From contig NW_021831827.1 of assembly GCF_006345805.1 (NCBI RefSeq), forward strand, positions 1 to 62,129: a stretch of DNA of 62,129 nt, written 5' to 3'. The number at the start of each line of letters is the position of its first letter. The stretch's first letter is position 1. Position numbers and translations under genes: made by a program. The notes under the pieces were generated by a model. The model was not told where the DNA came from and searched no databases. It worked only from the letters and a program-made list of their open reading frames with translations. This stretch comes from Octopus sinensis (taxonomy: Eukaryota). Shown piece after piece: positions 24,708 to 37,560 of the stretch.

Positions 24708-25711
24708 GATTCTGAGTTGAAATTTTGCCGAGGTCGTCTTTCATCCTTTCGGAGTTGACAAAATAAGTGCTAGTTCAGAACTGGAGTCGATGTACTTGAC
24801 TATAACCCATCCCCAAACTTTCAGGCCTTGTGCCTATAGTAGAAAACATTATTATTTTTTCCCCTTCTTTCTTCTAATTTTCTTCCATTTCTCGCCGGGT
24901 GTTTTCCGCACACCTAGGGCAGAGAAGCTCATTGTATGCATTCCCAGATTACACGCGCAAATTCACAAGTAAAATATGTATCTAAAAATTAATAAATAAA
25001 TGAATTCATGAATGGATGTTGTTTTCACAGCGATAATGCTCTTCTCAGTAAATGAGTCGTTTCAGTTAACACGATTGTTTGTATTTCCTGTAGGGATAGT
25101 AAGCCTGGTATCATTTTCAAATAGGTTTCAGTACCTTTTTTATCATTACTAGAGATCCTACAATCACTGGTACTGTAGTCGCCTTGAGATGCCACATTTT
25201 TTTCAATTTCTATTTGCAAGTCTTGATATTTATTGACCTTGTCAAATTCTTTCGCCGCTATATTGTGATCGAAGGGAATACTCATGACAATTAATAAACA
25301 CATCTTTTTTTACTGATCTTTTATAATAATATCCAGTTTATTAGCTTTTATAGTTTTGTCGGTATGTACGGGGAAGTCCCAGAGAATCGACACATTTTAT
25401 TATTATTATTATTACTATTATTATTATTATTATTGTTGTTGTTGTTGTTGTTGTTATTATTATTATTATTATTGAGTGAGAGAGCAGTGCGTGCCATCAA
25501 AGTGACACTGGGGTAAAATATACGAAGCCCAGTATACCCATCCTGTCTACCCGTCTGATAAGAGTACACCAGGCACATGCATCACAACCATATGTGCGCG
25601 ACATGGTGATCTCATATCAAGATAAACAGCACATGACCTTGCAGGTGGGGCCCAGTTAGAATTTCCTTCTGGTCGAGTAGCCCATCCAGCTCAAAAGATC
25701 CCTGAATAAGG

Positions 25712-25766
<55 letters not shown>

Positions 25767-26147
25767 TATTATTAGCCAAGACGAAGAGCGCGATTCGATT
25801 GTAAGATATTTTATTAGTTGAACGATATTTCAGCAGTACGTCTGTCTTTGTCAAGTTCAAAATAAGAAGTGATAAAAATTCTAACTTATAGAAATTTAAA
25901 CGTAAAGTATGAACGAGAGCAACCAGCGTCCACACGTTGATTGATTGACATCATTTCAGGCCTTGTGTGCCTACAGCAGAAAGGAGGAGGAGGAGGAGGA
26001 GGAGGGAAGGGGGAGGAGGATTTGCTTCGGGTTTGTTTTTATTCATGACAGAATTTATGTGTGTAGTGGGTTAGCAACTAATTTCAATGCTCTTTCAAGT
26101 GCTTAAAACCCTTCTGATAATCTTTCCTGTCTTTAAATCGCAAGCTT

Positions 26148-26935
26148 TCTGCGTGTGTATGTGCGTGTGTATGTGCGTGTGTGTTTGTGTGTGTGTGTGC
26201 GCGTGTGTGTGTGTGCGTGTGTGCGTGTGTGTATGTGTGCGTGTGTGTTTGTGAGTGTGTGCGTGTGTGCGTGTGCGTATGTGTGTGTGTGTACGCGTGT
26301 GTGTGTATCTGCGTGTGTGTGTGTGTGTGTGTATGTCTGTGTGTGCGTGCGTGAGTGCATGTCTGCGTGTGTATGTATGCGTGTGTTTGTGTGTGTTCGT
26401 GTGTGTGTTGTACGTGTGTGTGTGTGTGTGTGTGCGTGTGTGTGCGTGTGTGTGTGTGCGTGTGTGTGCTGTGTGCGTGTGTATGTGCATGTGTGTTTGT
26501 GTGTCTGTGTGCGCGTGTGTGTGTGTGCATGTGTGCGTGTGTGTATGTGTGCGTGTGTGTTTGTGAGTGTGTGCGTGCGTGTGTGCCTGTGTGCGTGTGC
26601 ATGTGTGTGTGTTTGCGTGCGTGTGTGTGAGCGTGTGTGTGTGTGTGTGCGCGTGAGTGTATGTGCGTGTGTGTGTGTGCGCGTGTGTGCATGTGTGTGC
26701 GTGTGTGCGCGTGTGGGTGTATGTGTGTGTGCACGTTTGTGCGTATGTGAGCACGTGAGTGTGTGCGCTTGCGTGTATGTGTGTGTGTGTGCGGGTGTGT
26801 TTTTGTATGTGTGTGCGTGTATGTGTATGTGTCTGTGTGCGTGTGTGAGCATGTGTGTACATGTGTGTGTGTACGCTTGTGTGTGTGTTTGTATGGGTGT
26901 GTACTTGTATGGGTGTGTACTTTGTATGTGTGTAT
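26148..26935. repeat. Degenerate (TG/CG/TA)n alternating purine-pyrimidine tract, about 790 bp
   Basis: Directly visible. Confidence 0.95.
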
Positions 26936-28050
26936 ACGACGGGCTTCTACACACTTCGGTTTACAAAGTTTATTCACAAGGCATTTGTCTGTCTGGGGTT
27001 TATATTACGTGAAGTCACTTCGAGTTGCTAAAGGGACTGAAGCCTAAACGATGTGGTTCACAATCGAGCTTCTTAACCACACATCCCTTCTCTTTTTCTT
27101 TTTCTTTTCTTTTTTCTTTTTTCATTTTCTTTTCTCTCCCTCGAAAACACTGTTTCGTCAATTTCTACAAATCGAGATTGGACCTTTCATGGGTCGCAGA
27201 GTAGATCCTCCACAAATGCCCCATCTTATAATAAATCTGCTTGTCATTGTGTTGCTTAGCCCGTTCGTAATGCTTTCACGTGATTAGAGGAAAAGGGGGA
27301 GAAAGAAGAAGGAGAGAGAAGCGTCCATGACGTGAGGTAGAGGGAATGTAATTGTAACGCTTTCACGTGATTAGTTGAAGGGAAAGAGAGGAGAAAGACA
27401 AAGGAGAGAGAAAAAGAGGACAAGGCGACACAGAATGAGGGAGGAAGAAAAAGAGGCAGAGAGAAGCGTCCATAACGTGCGGTTGGGGGAACTTCGTATT
27501 CATTACGTGGTTTAAAAAGGTAGTTGAAGGTAGAGGAGGAGAGTTCAAAATATAATTTTAGCAGAGGAGTGATATTCTGATGGTGAGGTTAACGAAAGGC
27601 ACAGAGAGAGGGGTGGGAGAGGGAGGAGGGAGATAGACAGAAGAGAGAGAGAGAGAGAAGGAAAAAGAGGGTGAGAAAGTGATGATGATGGTAGTGAAAG
27701 CTATCGGTGAAGACACCTGCCCATGGTTCCATGCAGTGGGACTGAACCCGGAGGTATGTGACTGGGAAGCAAGCTTTTTTTTTTTTTTACCACACAGTCA
27801 CGTTTGCTGTGTTTTCATTAATAATGAGGGTAAGAGTAAAAAAAAAGTTTTACCAACAACTGCAGTAAAGTTTGATATTTCTCGCTTTAACAACCATGCA
27901 ATCTTGTTTGCGTTTATAATTCATTCTTTCTAATACGTTTCCAGCATGGTGCCTTCCTCCTCGTACTTATGTGGTTTCCATCAAAACCTAACTCGCACAC
28001 ACGTTGCACATGACCATGATTGGCAACCAGCGATTTTTAAAATCTATAGA

Positions 28051-28429
28051 AGCACTCCGTCGGTTACGACGACGAGCGTTCCGGTTGATCCGAATCAACG
28101 GAACAGCCTGCTCGTGAAATTAACGTGTAAGTGGCTGAGCACTCCACAGACACGTGTACCCTTAACGTAGTTCTCGGGGATATTCAGCGTGACACAGAGA
28201 GTGACAAGGCCGGCCCTTTGAAATACAGGTACAACAGAAACAGGAAGTAAGAGTGAGAGAAAGTTGTGGTGAAAGAGTACAGCAGGGATCACCACCATCC
28301 CCTGCCGGAGCCAGGTGGAGCTTTAGGTGTTTTCGCTCAATAAACACTCACAACGCCCGGTCTGGGAATCGAAACCGCGATCCTATGATCGCGAGTCCGC
28401 TGCCCTAACCACTGGGCCATTGTGCATCC
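28051..28429 (-). mobile_element. Full-length tRNA-derived SINE, family 4 (3' part also at 5340-5490 +)
   Basis: Head ...atggcccagtggttagggcagcggactcgcgatc...gtttcgattccc. The body cttcctgtttctgttgtacctgtatttcaaag is shared with 5341. Confidence 0.8.
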
Positions 28430-28939
28430 TTTTAATCCTGTATGGGAAAAGGATAATTGCCTTTTTTGCTTTTGTTTCAACATTATTTTTCCATTGCTTG
28501 TTTTTGCTTTAATAAAACAAAGCAAATATCACTTGATTTTAAATAAAAAAGAAAAAAATATAGGTTGAGCCGCGTGTCTATTGCTGTATTAAAATATATT
28601 ACGGCTTTTCTTGGTTCTCGGGCCTATTTATAACAGGTAAGAGGTGAGGGTGTCACAACCCGATCAAACTCATTATTTTATGTAACGCAACACTGATTTC
28701 GATTCACTAGAACTAATACTGTTTTATAATTGTTGCTGACCTCAATATGACAAAAAGCAACAATGATTTCGGTGGAATTTTTAACCCACTATACTCTGAG
28801 ATCAAATGCTAGTGAAGTTGGATTTTTTTTCTTGTTACTCTGCCGAGGAAATGCGTATTAACCAATGACATGTGCTGGTTCACGTGTGTTACAAATTTGT
28901 AACCTTGTACCTTTCTTCTTCTTCTTCTTCTTCTTCTTC

Positions 28940-28972
<33 letters not shown>

Positions 28973-29798
28973 TATTATTATTATTATCATCATCATTATT
29001 ATTACTATTATTATTATTATTATTATTATTATATGTTTGGCTTTTGCTTTGTGTCTGTACGAGTTGACTGCAAGTCTCATCCAGAGACCTCAAAAGACAA
29101 GTTACAAGTTCAAGATGGTGTTGACTAGAGTCCCATATATTTGATTTTGCACTGAGTATTGTTCTAGAGAATGTCTGTCAAACCTAAATAAATAAGTTTG
29201 TTTTAAAAGTCATTTGGTGTCTGATGTTAGGATGGTAGTAAAAGGCTTCGAAGTTAGTGTCTTTGTAAGGTGGAAGGTTTTGAACTTGCTGCGAAAATAA
29301 TGTGAACTTGGCAACGTAAAGATATGCGGAATGGTACCGTGAATTCGGAACTAACAACAGAGTCCAGTCGGGATTAAAAAAAAAGAGATAAAAAAAAAGA
29401 TAGAAGATAAATCATTAGATTGGTGAATAAAAGAACTCGCCAAAAGAAATCTACACATTTCAGAGGTAAATGAAAGAACTCTCTAAAGAACTGTTTATTT
29501 ATTCCATAATTGTTATGGACTCTTAATTAAAGTTCTTGCATTTTGGTTATACTCAACGGTTCTGTTTGTTATTTTCAACTCTTCTGGCTTCTTCGACTTC
29601 TGCTTCTTCCGCTCTAAGCAGGTTGGTTTGCTGAGATTCGCCGAGGCGGTATTCTGGGATACCGGACACAGACTGTTGTGTTGTAAGTGGTTTCTGAAGG
29701 CCGCATATGCGACGTATATATATATATATAGTTAATCCAAACAAGAAAGCACAAAAAAGCACAACAGCGCGAGGACGTGGAACAAAGAAAGAAGGAGG

Positions 29799-29833
29799 GT
29801 TTAACGTTTCGAGCGGAGCTCTTCGTCGGAAAC
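29799..29833 (-). ncRNA. Minimal hammerhead ribozyme motif with U4-to-C core substitution
   Basis: Minus strand reads gttt-CCGACGA-agagc-tcc-gctc-GAAAC-GTTA-aac. Confidence 0.55.
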
Positions 29834-31210
29834 ATAGGAGAAGGAAAGATCCAGAGAAGGGAAGACGGAGGAAAAAAAATCGCCAATGGTACACACGAGG
29901 TCACACACACATACACACATCCATGCACACATATACATACTTATACTTACATGCCTATACATATATGTATGCACACACATACACACGTATATAAATATTC
30001 ATATACACTTATATTTATACACACATATAAATACATATATGCAATCGCATATCTGTGTGCATTTGAGAGGAGTGGTAATTAGGTTTTCAGGACTCGTTGT
30101 TCAGGAAGGGTGTTTTGGAAAAATTTTGATTAAATTTGGGGTTATGTTATTGTTTAGAATTCATCAATGCATGTAGAGCTTTGTAAACAAGGTTGTAGGT
30201 GTTTCTCTTCTGTTAAGTAGGCCCAAGGTGTGACAGATTTTTGTTACATTTGCTATTATTGGATTTAATCCTTTTGCTTTGATAATGGTACAATTCCGGT
30301 ACTTAAACCCTAAGAAATTGTGTTAACTTGTTTTTCACAAAAGAATATAAGCAGGAACATGATGGAACTCGAAGTAGATTGAGCTATAAATAATAGCTTG
30401 TGAATATTGGTTTAAAAACCCTTGAATAGAGAAAGTCAAAGGCTGCTTGTGACACTGTCTCTAAACATGACAGGCTATACAAAAAACCTATACAATATGG
30501 ATGTGGATGACTTGAAAACGGAATTGGACATTCTCCTATCCCCGTTCCCAGACGAGTCGACGGTCCCGGCAGGAAGTATAGACGAGGGCAGTGGTATCAA
30601 ACTCCATCATACACCTAATGTTCTAACCACCTGGTAAAAAGCACATACAAAAGTTAATATGAAATCCCACCCACTCCAGTAGAAACCAGCCACAGAAAAG
30701 GTCTGTGGAAAGGGTACTAATTTACGTTGGTGCTCCAGCTTGATCGCAACCGCATCGCTAAAACGTCTAAAAGAATAACAGAATATGTATAATTTATGTG
30801 TTTGCCTGAAAATTGAAGGAAGCATGTGAGAATGTGCTTGCAAATTTGGATTCGCAGTCATAAGCTCCCGGTGTACTAAAAGGTGTCGTTTTAAAATACC
30901 TTATTTGGTCTTCCAACCAATAAAGATCTCTGAAATAAATACTTGACTGGAACGATTAATAAGGTTGATGTGATCTACTGAAATGTTCTGAGGTAAGTGC
31001 CCCAGCATGGGCGCAACCCAATCTCTAAATATCATTGAATGAATAAATTATCTGTTTATCCGTAAGTGTGTGCGTGGCCACCTCCCGTCCCTATCACACC
31101 GCATTTTCGAAGAGCTTTTATTTATTTTAAAATTTTATACTGTTTTTTGCCCCAAGATGTTTTCTCTTTTATTTGTTTTCTGTCCTTTTATTTTTCTCTG
31201 TTTTCTTTGA

Positions 31211-31216
31211 TTTATT
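31211..31216 (-). terminator. Candidate AATAAA polyadenylation signal just after the CHS stop (further AATAAA at about 31186)
   Basis: tttatt on the + strand, 8 nt past the stop. Motif only, and such hexamers are common in AT-rich DNA. Confidence 0.25.
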
Positions 31217-31223
31217 CTTCACT

Positions 31224-31669
31224 TCAGTTATTTACAGCATCAAGCTTTTCGTCTTTTGTAATTATCCATTCGGGTCGCTTCGAGTGTATATTCGATTTAC
31301 GTATAAAACGTTCGATAGTGTCTTGGGTTCGATGTACCGTCAATCCAATTAATTGAAAGACTACCGAAACCCCGAACAAAGCGCCATTGATTAAACTAAA
31401 AACATTTAACTTAGACTTATGGGTTGCAACGTTTGTGAAGAGGTATCCAAGGATGATCATCCAGATCGAATTACACACCAAAAATCCGATAATACATTTG
31501 AGGCGGAACTTCCGGAGTTTTTTTTCCATTACCGGCTTTGACCCACCCGTCCTCACCGTTGTACCAATAACGTGATCTCGTAGAAACTTCCAGAATTTGT
31601 ATTCGAATGCTTCTGTATGGTTGTCGAAGAGGCTAAAACTACGAGTGGAACTACGATTGGAATTCAAAC
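31224..31669 (-). CDS. CHS: Chitin synthase last coding exon i (FWKFLRDHVIG...KLRKFRLKCIIGFLVCNSIW...IGLTVHR, stop)
   Basis: Acceptor tttccccag, 446 nt to TGA at 31226-31224. Resembles the CHS C-terminal FW..L...Y / L..LR / TM / MLFHR pattern. Confidence 0.85.
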
Positions 31670-31905
31670 CTGGGGAAACTGAAATAAAAGAAAATAAATA
31701 AATTAATTAAAAAAATAAGGTGCAGACGTGGTTGTATGTTTTAGAAATTTGATTTCCAGTCGCATCGTTTCGGGTTCAATCCCACTGCGCGGTACATTGA
31801 GTACATGTTTTCTGCTGTCCTACTTAAGCATCGGGCCGGCCAAAAGACGTGTGAGTGAATTTGGTAGACGGAAGCTGAGAGAACGTTGTGTGTGTGTGTG
31901 TGTGT

Positions 31906-31939
<34 letters not shown>

Positions 31940-32316
31940 TGTGTGTGTGTGTGTGTGTGTTCCCACCGCCGCTTGACCCCAGACGGTTTGTTAACCACTC
32001 CGTTAATTAGCGGGCTGGTAAAAAAAATTCCGATAAGAACGAGACATTAAAAGAAAAAGTCCTGGTGTCAATTTATTCGACTGAGCCTTACAAGGTGGTG
32101 CCCCAACATGGCTGCAGTCTAAAAGGCACAAGAAATGTAAAAAAGAAAAATATAACAACTAGAAGAAATGAATTATTTTTCTATTGTGAGCTGTAGCCAC
32201 TGAATTGAAGCAAAGCCACAAAGGGAGAGTTTCTTATAGTTTCTGTTTCCCTTGTGGCAACATCGTGAAGATGAAATGTGAAGGAATACGAAGGAAGCAA
32301 ACATGGATTAACTTAC

Positions 32317-32401
32317 GTTTATCCTTCTTTTTCTTCATTTTCTTTTTTCGACGTTTACGGATTTTGGGGAAACAAACCAGATTCGGAGCGGAGGCTTTGT
32401 T
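32317..32401 (-). CDS. CHS: Chitin synthase exon h (NKASAPNLVCFPKIRKRRKKKMKKKKDK), not in ORF track
   Basis: Acceptor tttatttgcag and donor AAAC/gtaagt. 85 nt. It supplies exactly the phase 0 to 1 change needed between exons g and i. Confidence 0.8.
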
Positions 32402-33603
32402 CTGCAAATAAATAAATACATAAATAAAATTTAAAGCCTGTTCTCTTTTTATCTTTTATTTGTTTCAGTCATTCTACTGCGGCCATACTGGAGCATTTTT
32501 GAAGGATTTTGTCGAAAAGAACAAGTTGGCATTTATATTATCGTTCCGTTGGTCGAACCACTAAGCTACAGGGACGTAACCAAATCTACACCGGTTGTCA
32601 AGCGGTGGTGTAGTGGACAAACACACACACACTCAACAAGATTTCATGAGTTTCCTTCTTTCAAATTCGCTCACAAGGTATTGGTCAGTCTGGGACAAAA
32701 GTAGAAGATACTTGCCCAAGGTGTTACGTGGTTTCAATGAGCTGTTCTGGCTTCAAACGTATTCCAACCGTGACCGCTTAGTCTGTTAAGGGTCCTCTAA
32801 TATAAACATCATTTACATAGTAGGATGCAATCTGTAGGGATGTTGGTTACTATTTCTAGCAGGTTGCTTGACTACGTAGAATCTATCGGTGGCTTGATCT
32901 GCATCTCTAGATATTTATTATCAGAGGCGAAAAGGTAGCAATCAGCTGTATTTATACAGTCTTAGAAATTATGAAACACAATTCTTCGATGCCCAAAGAA
33001 AACAATTCTCAAAATGCATTGTTTTGAATCGAAATGAGACAAGTGGCGCGGTTGTTTGTCGCTGATGATTTGCCACGACTTACTGGAGTTTCAACCTATT
33101 TTTGTGACACATGCACGCGCAGAAATATTTACATACAGAAAGAGAGAGGGGGATTATGTAACAGAGACATAACACATACATGTAAACTTAATGAGAAGCT
33201 CACAAAAGGAGCGAGGCATTAAATCGTTTGATGTCAAATGAGTCAACGCTGAATTATTAACGGCTAAGATGAGGTGCCAAAAGGGCCGAGCCAAAACGGC
33301 TCGCTACCAGTTTGTATTGTCGTATTATATAATATTCAGTGCTCCATTCTCTTGAGTTTGACCAATATTAGTTGGTCAGTGGTAGTGGCAATGGCGATGC
33401 TGTGATAAAAACGTCACCGAAAATGCATTCCAAGTCACTTATTAATAGGTACTGGAACTCATGCACCAACCAGGTAGAAAACTCCATACGCAAACTATAG
33501 ACACATAACCTTTTGCATAAAGACAAACGCACCTACATATTTCTACAAAAGCTACATGTCACAACGCGTATTTTCCCAACGATGCATACCTAAGCACAAA
33601 CAA

Positions 33604-34466
33604 ATACTTACACGCTCACAAACGCACTGAAGCATATATCTACGAAGGTGTATGAATACCAACATATATACGCTTATATACACTGCTACAATAACTCAAG
33701 CTATTGTGATACAATACATACTTAAAACAGGCATGGCTGCGTGGCTCGCCTTGCAATCACGTGGTTTCGAGTTCAATCCCATTGCGCTTGGGCAAGTGTC
33801 TATCAACATCTCCGGACCGGTTAATAGCTTTCTGAGTGAACTTGGCTGGAAGACACTCGTGGAAGCCCGTCTCACACACACACACACACACACACTCAAC
33901 ACGCTCGCACGCGCGCACACACATAATTATATTTGTATATGTTTGTATATATATGGATATTTATATATATATAAATATCCATATATATACAAATTTTATA
34001 TACATATTTATATACATATTTATATATATATAAATATCCATATATATACAAACATATACAAATATAATTATGTGTGTGCGCGCGTGCGAGCGTGTTGAGT
34101 GCGTGTGTGTGTGTACGGGCATGTGTGTGTGTACGGGCATGTGTGTGTGTGTGTGTCTGTGTGTGTGTCTGTGTGTGTGTGTGTGTCTGTGTGTGTGAGA
34201 CGGGCTTCCACGAGTGTCTTCCAGCCAAGTTCACTCAGAAAGCTATTAACCGGTCCGAAGATGTTGATAGACACTTGCCCAGGCGCAATGGGATTGAACT
34301 CGAAACCACGTGATTGCAAGGCGAGCCACGCAGCCATGCCTGTTTTAAGTATGTATTGTATCACAATAGCTTGAGTTATTGTAGCAGTGTATATAAGCGT
34401 ATATATGTTGGTATTCATACACCTTCGTAGATATATGCTTCAGTGCGTTTGTGAACGGGTAAGTAT
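33604..34466. repeat. Long near-perfect inverted duplication (foldback) in the CHS intron between exons g and h
   Basis: 33604 to about 33972 is the reverse complement of about 34018-34466, apart from a few substitutions and a (GT)n expansion in the right arm. Confidence 0.95.
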
Positions 34467-35156
34467 ATATATATATATATATAACTCCAATTTCACTTGC
34501 GCTTCTCAAAACTTCATTTATGTAATCAGATGCTTTGGCTGCTATAAAATCTCTATATGGTCAACAGGAATGTCTGTCAAACGGAGATGTACAGTCCACA
34601 GACAACAGATATCTTCCCTACAATATCGCTAGATATATCTCATTGAACACATTGACAGACGTGCAAAACAACTGCAACCACAATTCCTAACCTTCCCATT
34701 ATATATTAATTTGCATTTTGGACCTCAACACAAGTACGAAAACATAAAGTGGCCTCATTTATCAAAAAATATAAGACAGAATTAAATATAAGCCCATACT
34801 GAAAAATTAAAGATGTATCCCATCTATTGAAGGATATAAGCCAGAACTAAATGTAGGCCAATATTAAAAATTACAGATTTACCTCCCCTTTACTGAAAAA
34901 TACCTTGGTAACAAATTATCCCCCGGGCAAACAAAACCTCTAATTTAGAATTGCAACCAAAACTCAAAATTTGAAAAGCCATAGCGAAACGGTTATAATG
35001 TAGAAAGAAAAACATTTTATTTTGTACATTATTGTATAATACTTTTGCTATGATGATTCTAATATATTCTTCAGTCTTGTAAAAGAAATGTGTTTTTTCA
35101 TCTTGTTTCTTTCGTTATATATTCATCCACATATAATTATCCACCATACTTTCTAT

Positions 35157-35208
<52 letters not shown>

Positions 35209-35951
35209 AGTGTGTGTGTGTGTGTGTGTATTGCGACAAAGTAAACTTTCATTTTATCAAGATGTCCTTGGCCTGTCGTAGGCACCTCACTTCGATATTT
35301 ACCACTTCTGAGGTTACACTCGCTATGAAATATATGTAATCAGCATCTTATCTGTTCCATTCCTTAACTCTTGTATATATATATTTTTTGCTGTAAGAAT
35401 GGTTTTGTTATACGGTGTCGAGTTTTACAATCCTTTAAATAATAATAATGGTATTTATTTAATATAGATCTTAAACTTGACAGAAACAGGATGGGAAATC
35501 CTACATTTTCTGTCGAGGGCTTATATACCCCATTATTGGGCTATTTTCCTTAGTCATTGCACGGTGATCGCTATCAGCTTTAAGCTTATATAAATGCCAT
35601 TATTATTATTTATAGGATTGTAAAACTACAATCTTTAAATTCTCTTCCTGAGACATACGTCAAAAAAATTCTTGTTTAAGAATAATATATGTGTGTGTAC
35701 GTATGTGTGTGTGTGTCTTTTTATTTGTACCTACCACCGCTTATCAACAGATGCTGGTTTCCCCATCACCAAGCTGTTCGGTTCAGTTAGAATGAATATC
35801 AAACGTAAGTAATAGCGTAGAACTGTTCTAGTAAAGCTCTTTGATGGTGGTGCCCCAGCATGGCCATAGTTCAACGACTGGAACAAATAAAAGATTGAAC
35901 TCTCAAAGCATTTCAACTGCATTGAAAATGATTTGAAATAAATATACTCAC

Positions 35952-36148
35952 GCCATCCCTTGTCCCCCAGCTTTGGTCAACAATGTTGACCAAGGCGTAA
36001 ACCGGAAGCAAAACGTTCATGGCTGGAATCATGAACATGTAGAAAAGACCAAGAAATATGTTCCAACTTTCGTGAAGATGTAAAATGGCGGCATAGAAAA
36101 CACTGAAGACGATAAACAATATCAAGTAATGATCTCCAGTTTCTGGGT
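35952..36148 (-). CDS. CHS: Chitin synthase exon g (HLHESWNIF...VNIVDQSWGTRDG)
   Basis: Acceptor ttttgcag and donor GGC/gtgagt. 197 nt, phase 1 to 0. Contains the SWGTR motif. Confidence 0.95.
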
Positions 36149-36389
36149 CTGCAAAAGACAGGAATCAATAATTTGTTGTTGTTATTGTTGCTGTTGTTGT
36201 TGTTGTTGTTGTTGTTGTTTACAGTATTATTATCATTTTATTCTCTTTGAACAGCATCTAACGCTGGAGATGCACTACAGTGTCAGCTGTTTACTACCAG
36301 TGAAATAAAGTAACACCCACTTAGTTAGGAAATTAGAAGAGGCACTCAGTAGAGGCATAGCAACCGACGTGCTGGCTGCGAGATTGGTT

Positions 36390-36870
36390 CTTAACCAATT
36401 CTTCAGCACCAAGCATGAAAGTGCATTGTCGTGGGGGGGGCAAAGTAAATGGCCACATCTCAGAATCATTTAGTATCGCATGTTCGGTCCGTCAAGGATG
36501 CCCACTGTCACTCCTCTACGTACTGGCATTCAAGTCATTTCTGCGGAAGCTGGAGATTTCGGGGTGCATCGCGCGTGACCTGGGATGCGGAAGGTTCGTG
36601 TCGACGAATGTGGACGACATCACTGTGCTAGTGTCGGAAACCTCGGAAATCGAGATGGTCAGCACTACCATAAGACGATACGAAGCGGTGACCGGAGCAA
36701 TGATTAACCAGGAGAAGTCAGTGGGCCTGCAGCTCGGCACCTGGAGAGCGTTGTGGAGCGCTGTACGAATGGATCTGTCAAGTTGCTCGAGGTCTGGTTC
36801 GGTCCGGATCTCTAAGTGAACGAGAACTGGGGCAATGTGACAGACAGAGTGGCCAGTCTCACCCAGAAAG
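36390..36870 (+). mobile_element. L1/Tx1-like RT fragment (a related downstream piece at about 37560-37970)
   Basis: VNGHISESF....SVRQGCPLS-LLYVLA...VDDITV...YEAVTGAMINQEKS. Confidence 0.75.
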
Positions 36871-37199
36871 GAACGTGTTCCTTGTCGAGAAATTAGAGGA
36901 CAATAAAAAAATTGAGAATGTCAAAATCAGATGGCCTTAACTTAATGATGTCACCGATGCGAAAATGTTTCATCTCTAAACAACGTCAAAACTTTAGGTG
37001 TCGACAAAGAGAACAACAGCAACAGAAGCAGCAGTGACAGCTGCAGCAGCAACTACAACAGCAACAACAATAATAATAACCTTTCTTTATTAGTCACAAG
37101 GGTCGATAAAAATAATATTGGACATTACAAAACATGAAGGACAAAGTGGGGTTACATAAAGTGTCGTGTAAAAAGTCAATAACAATGAAAAATATAATA

Positions 37200-37560
37200 C
37201 CTAAAAGAGGCAAGCAACACTGGGCTTTTCTCAGTTGTGCTTTCTCCATGATTTTGTCGAGCTCTAGAATACCAAGGTATTTATAACCGTCCTCTTCAAC
37301 TTGATTAATCAATCCTCTATTTGGTAATTCTAATCGTACCAGGGACTGTACCTGTCTCATTTCAGGATCATTATACCACACTTCTTGAATTCGAACTCCA
37401 TCTTAATATCAACACTAAAACCGTGGACCGTGTTCACCAATGAATTCGCTTGTGCCTCATCCTTGCTCTAAAGCTTCAAATCATCCATGAAAAGGTGGTG
37501 GTTGGTTCTTTGAGATTTTCGCTTTAAACTGATATCCCAGTTTCATTTTCAATAATAACG
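37200..37560 (-). mobile_element. Dong/R4-type RT fragment
   Basis: NHHLFMDDLKL ... EDGYKYLGILELDKI on the minus strand, frameshifted. Confidence 0.7.

Noticed and set aside
26084-27012. 250-300 aa His/Thr- or Cys/Val-rich ORFs (and many similar ORFs elsewhere)
   Set aside because: They are stop-free frames of (CA/TG)n repeats with no domain content.
34883-34892. 10-nt AG...GT-bounded segment (tttttcag/taaaggggag/gtaaat) as a micro-exon
   Set aside because: In the required phase 0 it begins with a TAA stop and would shift the frame; it lies in a Penelope remnant.
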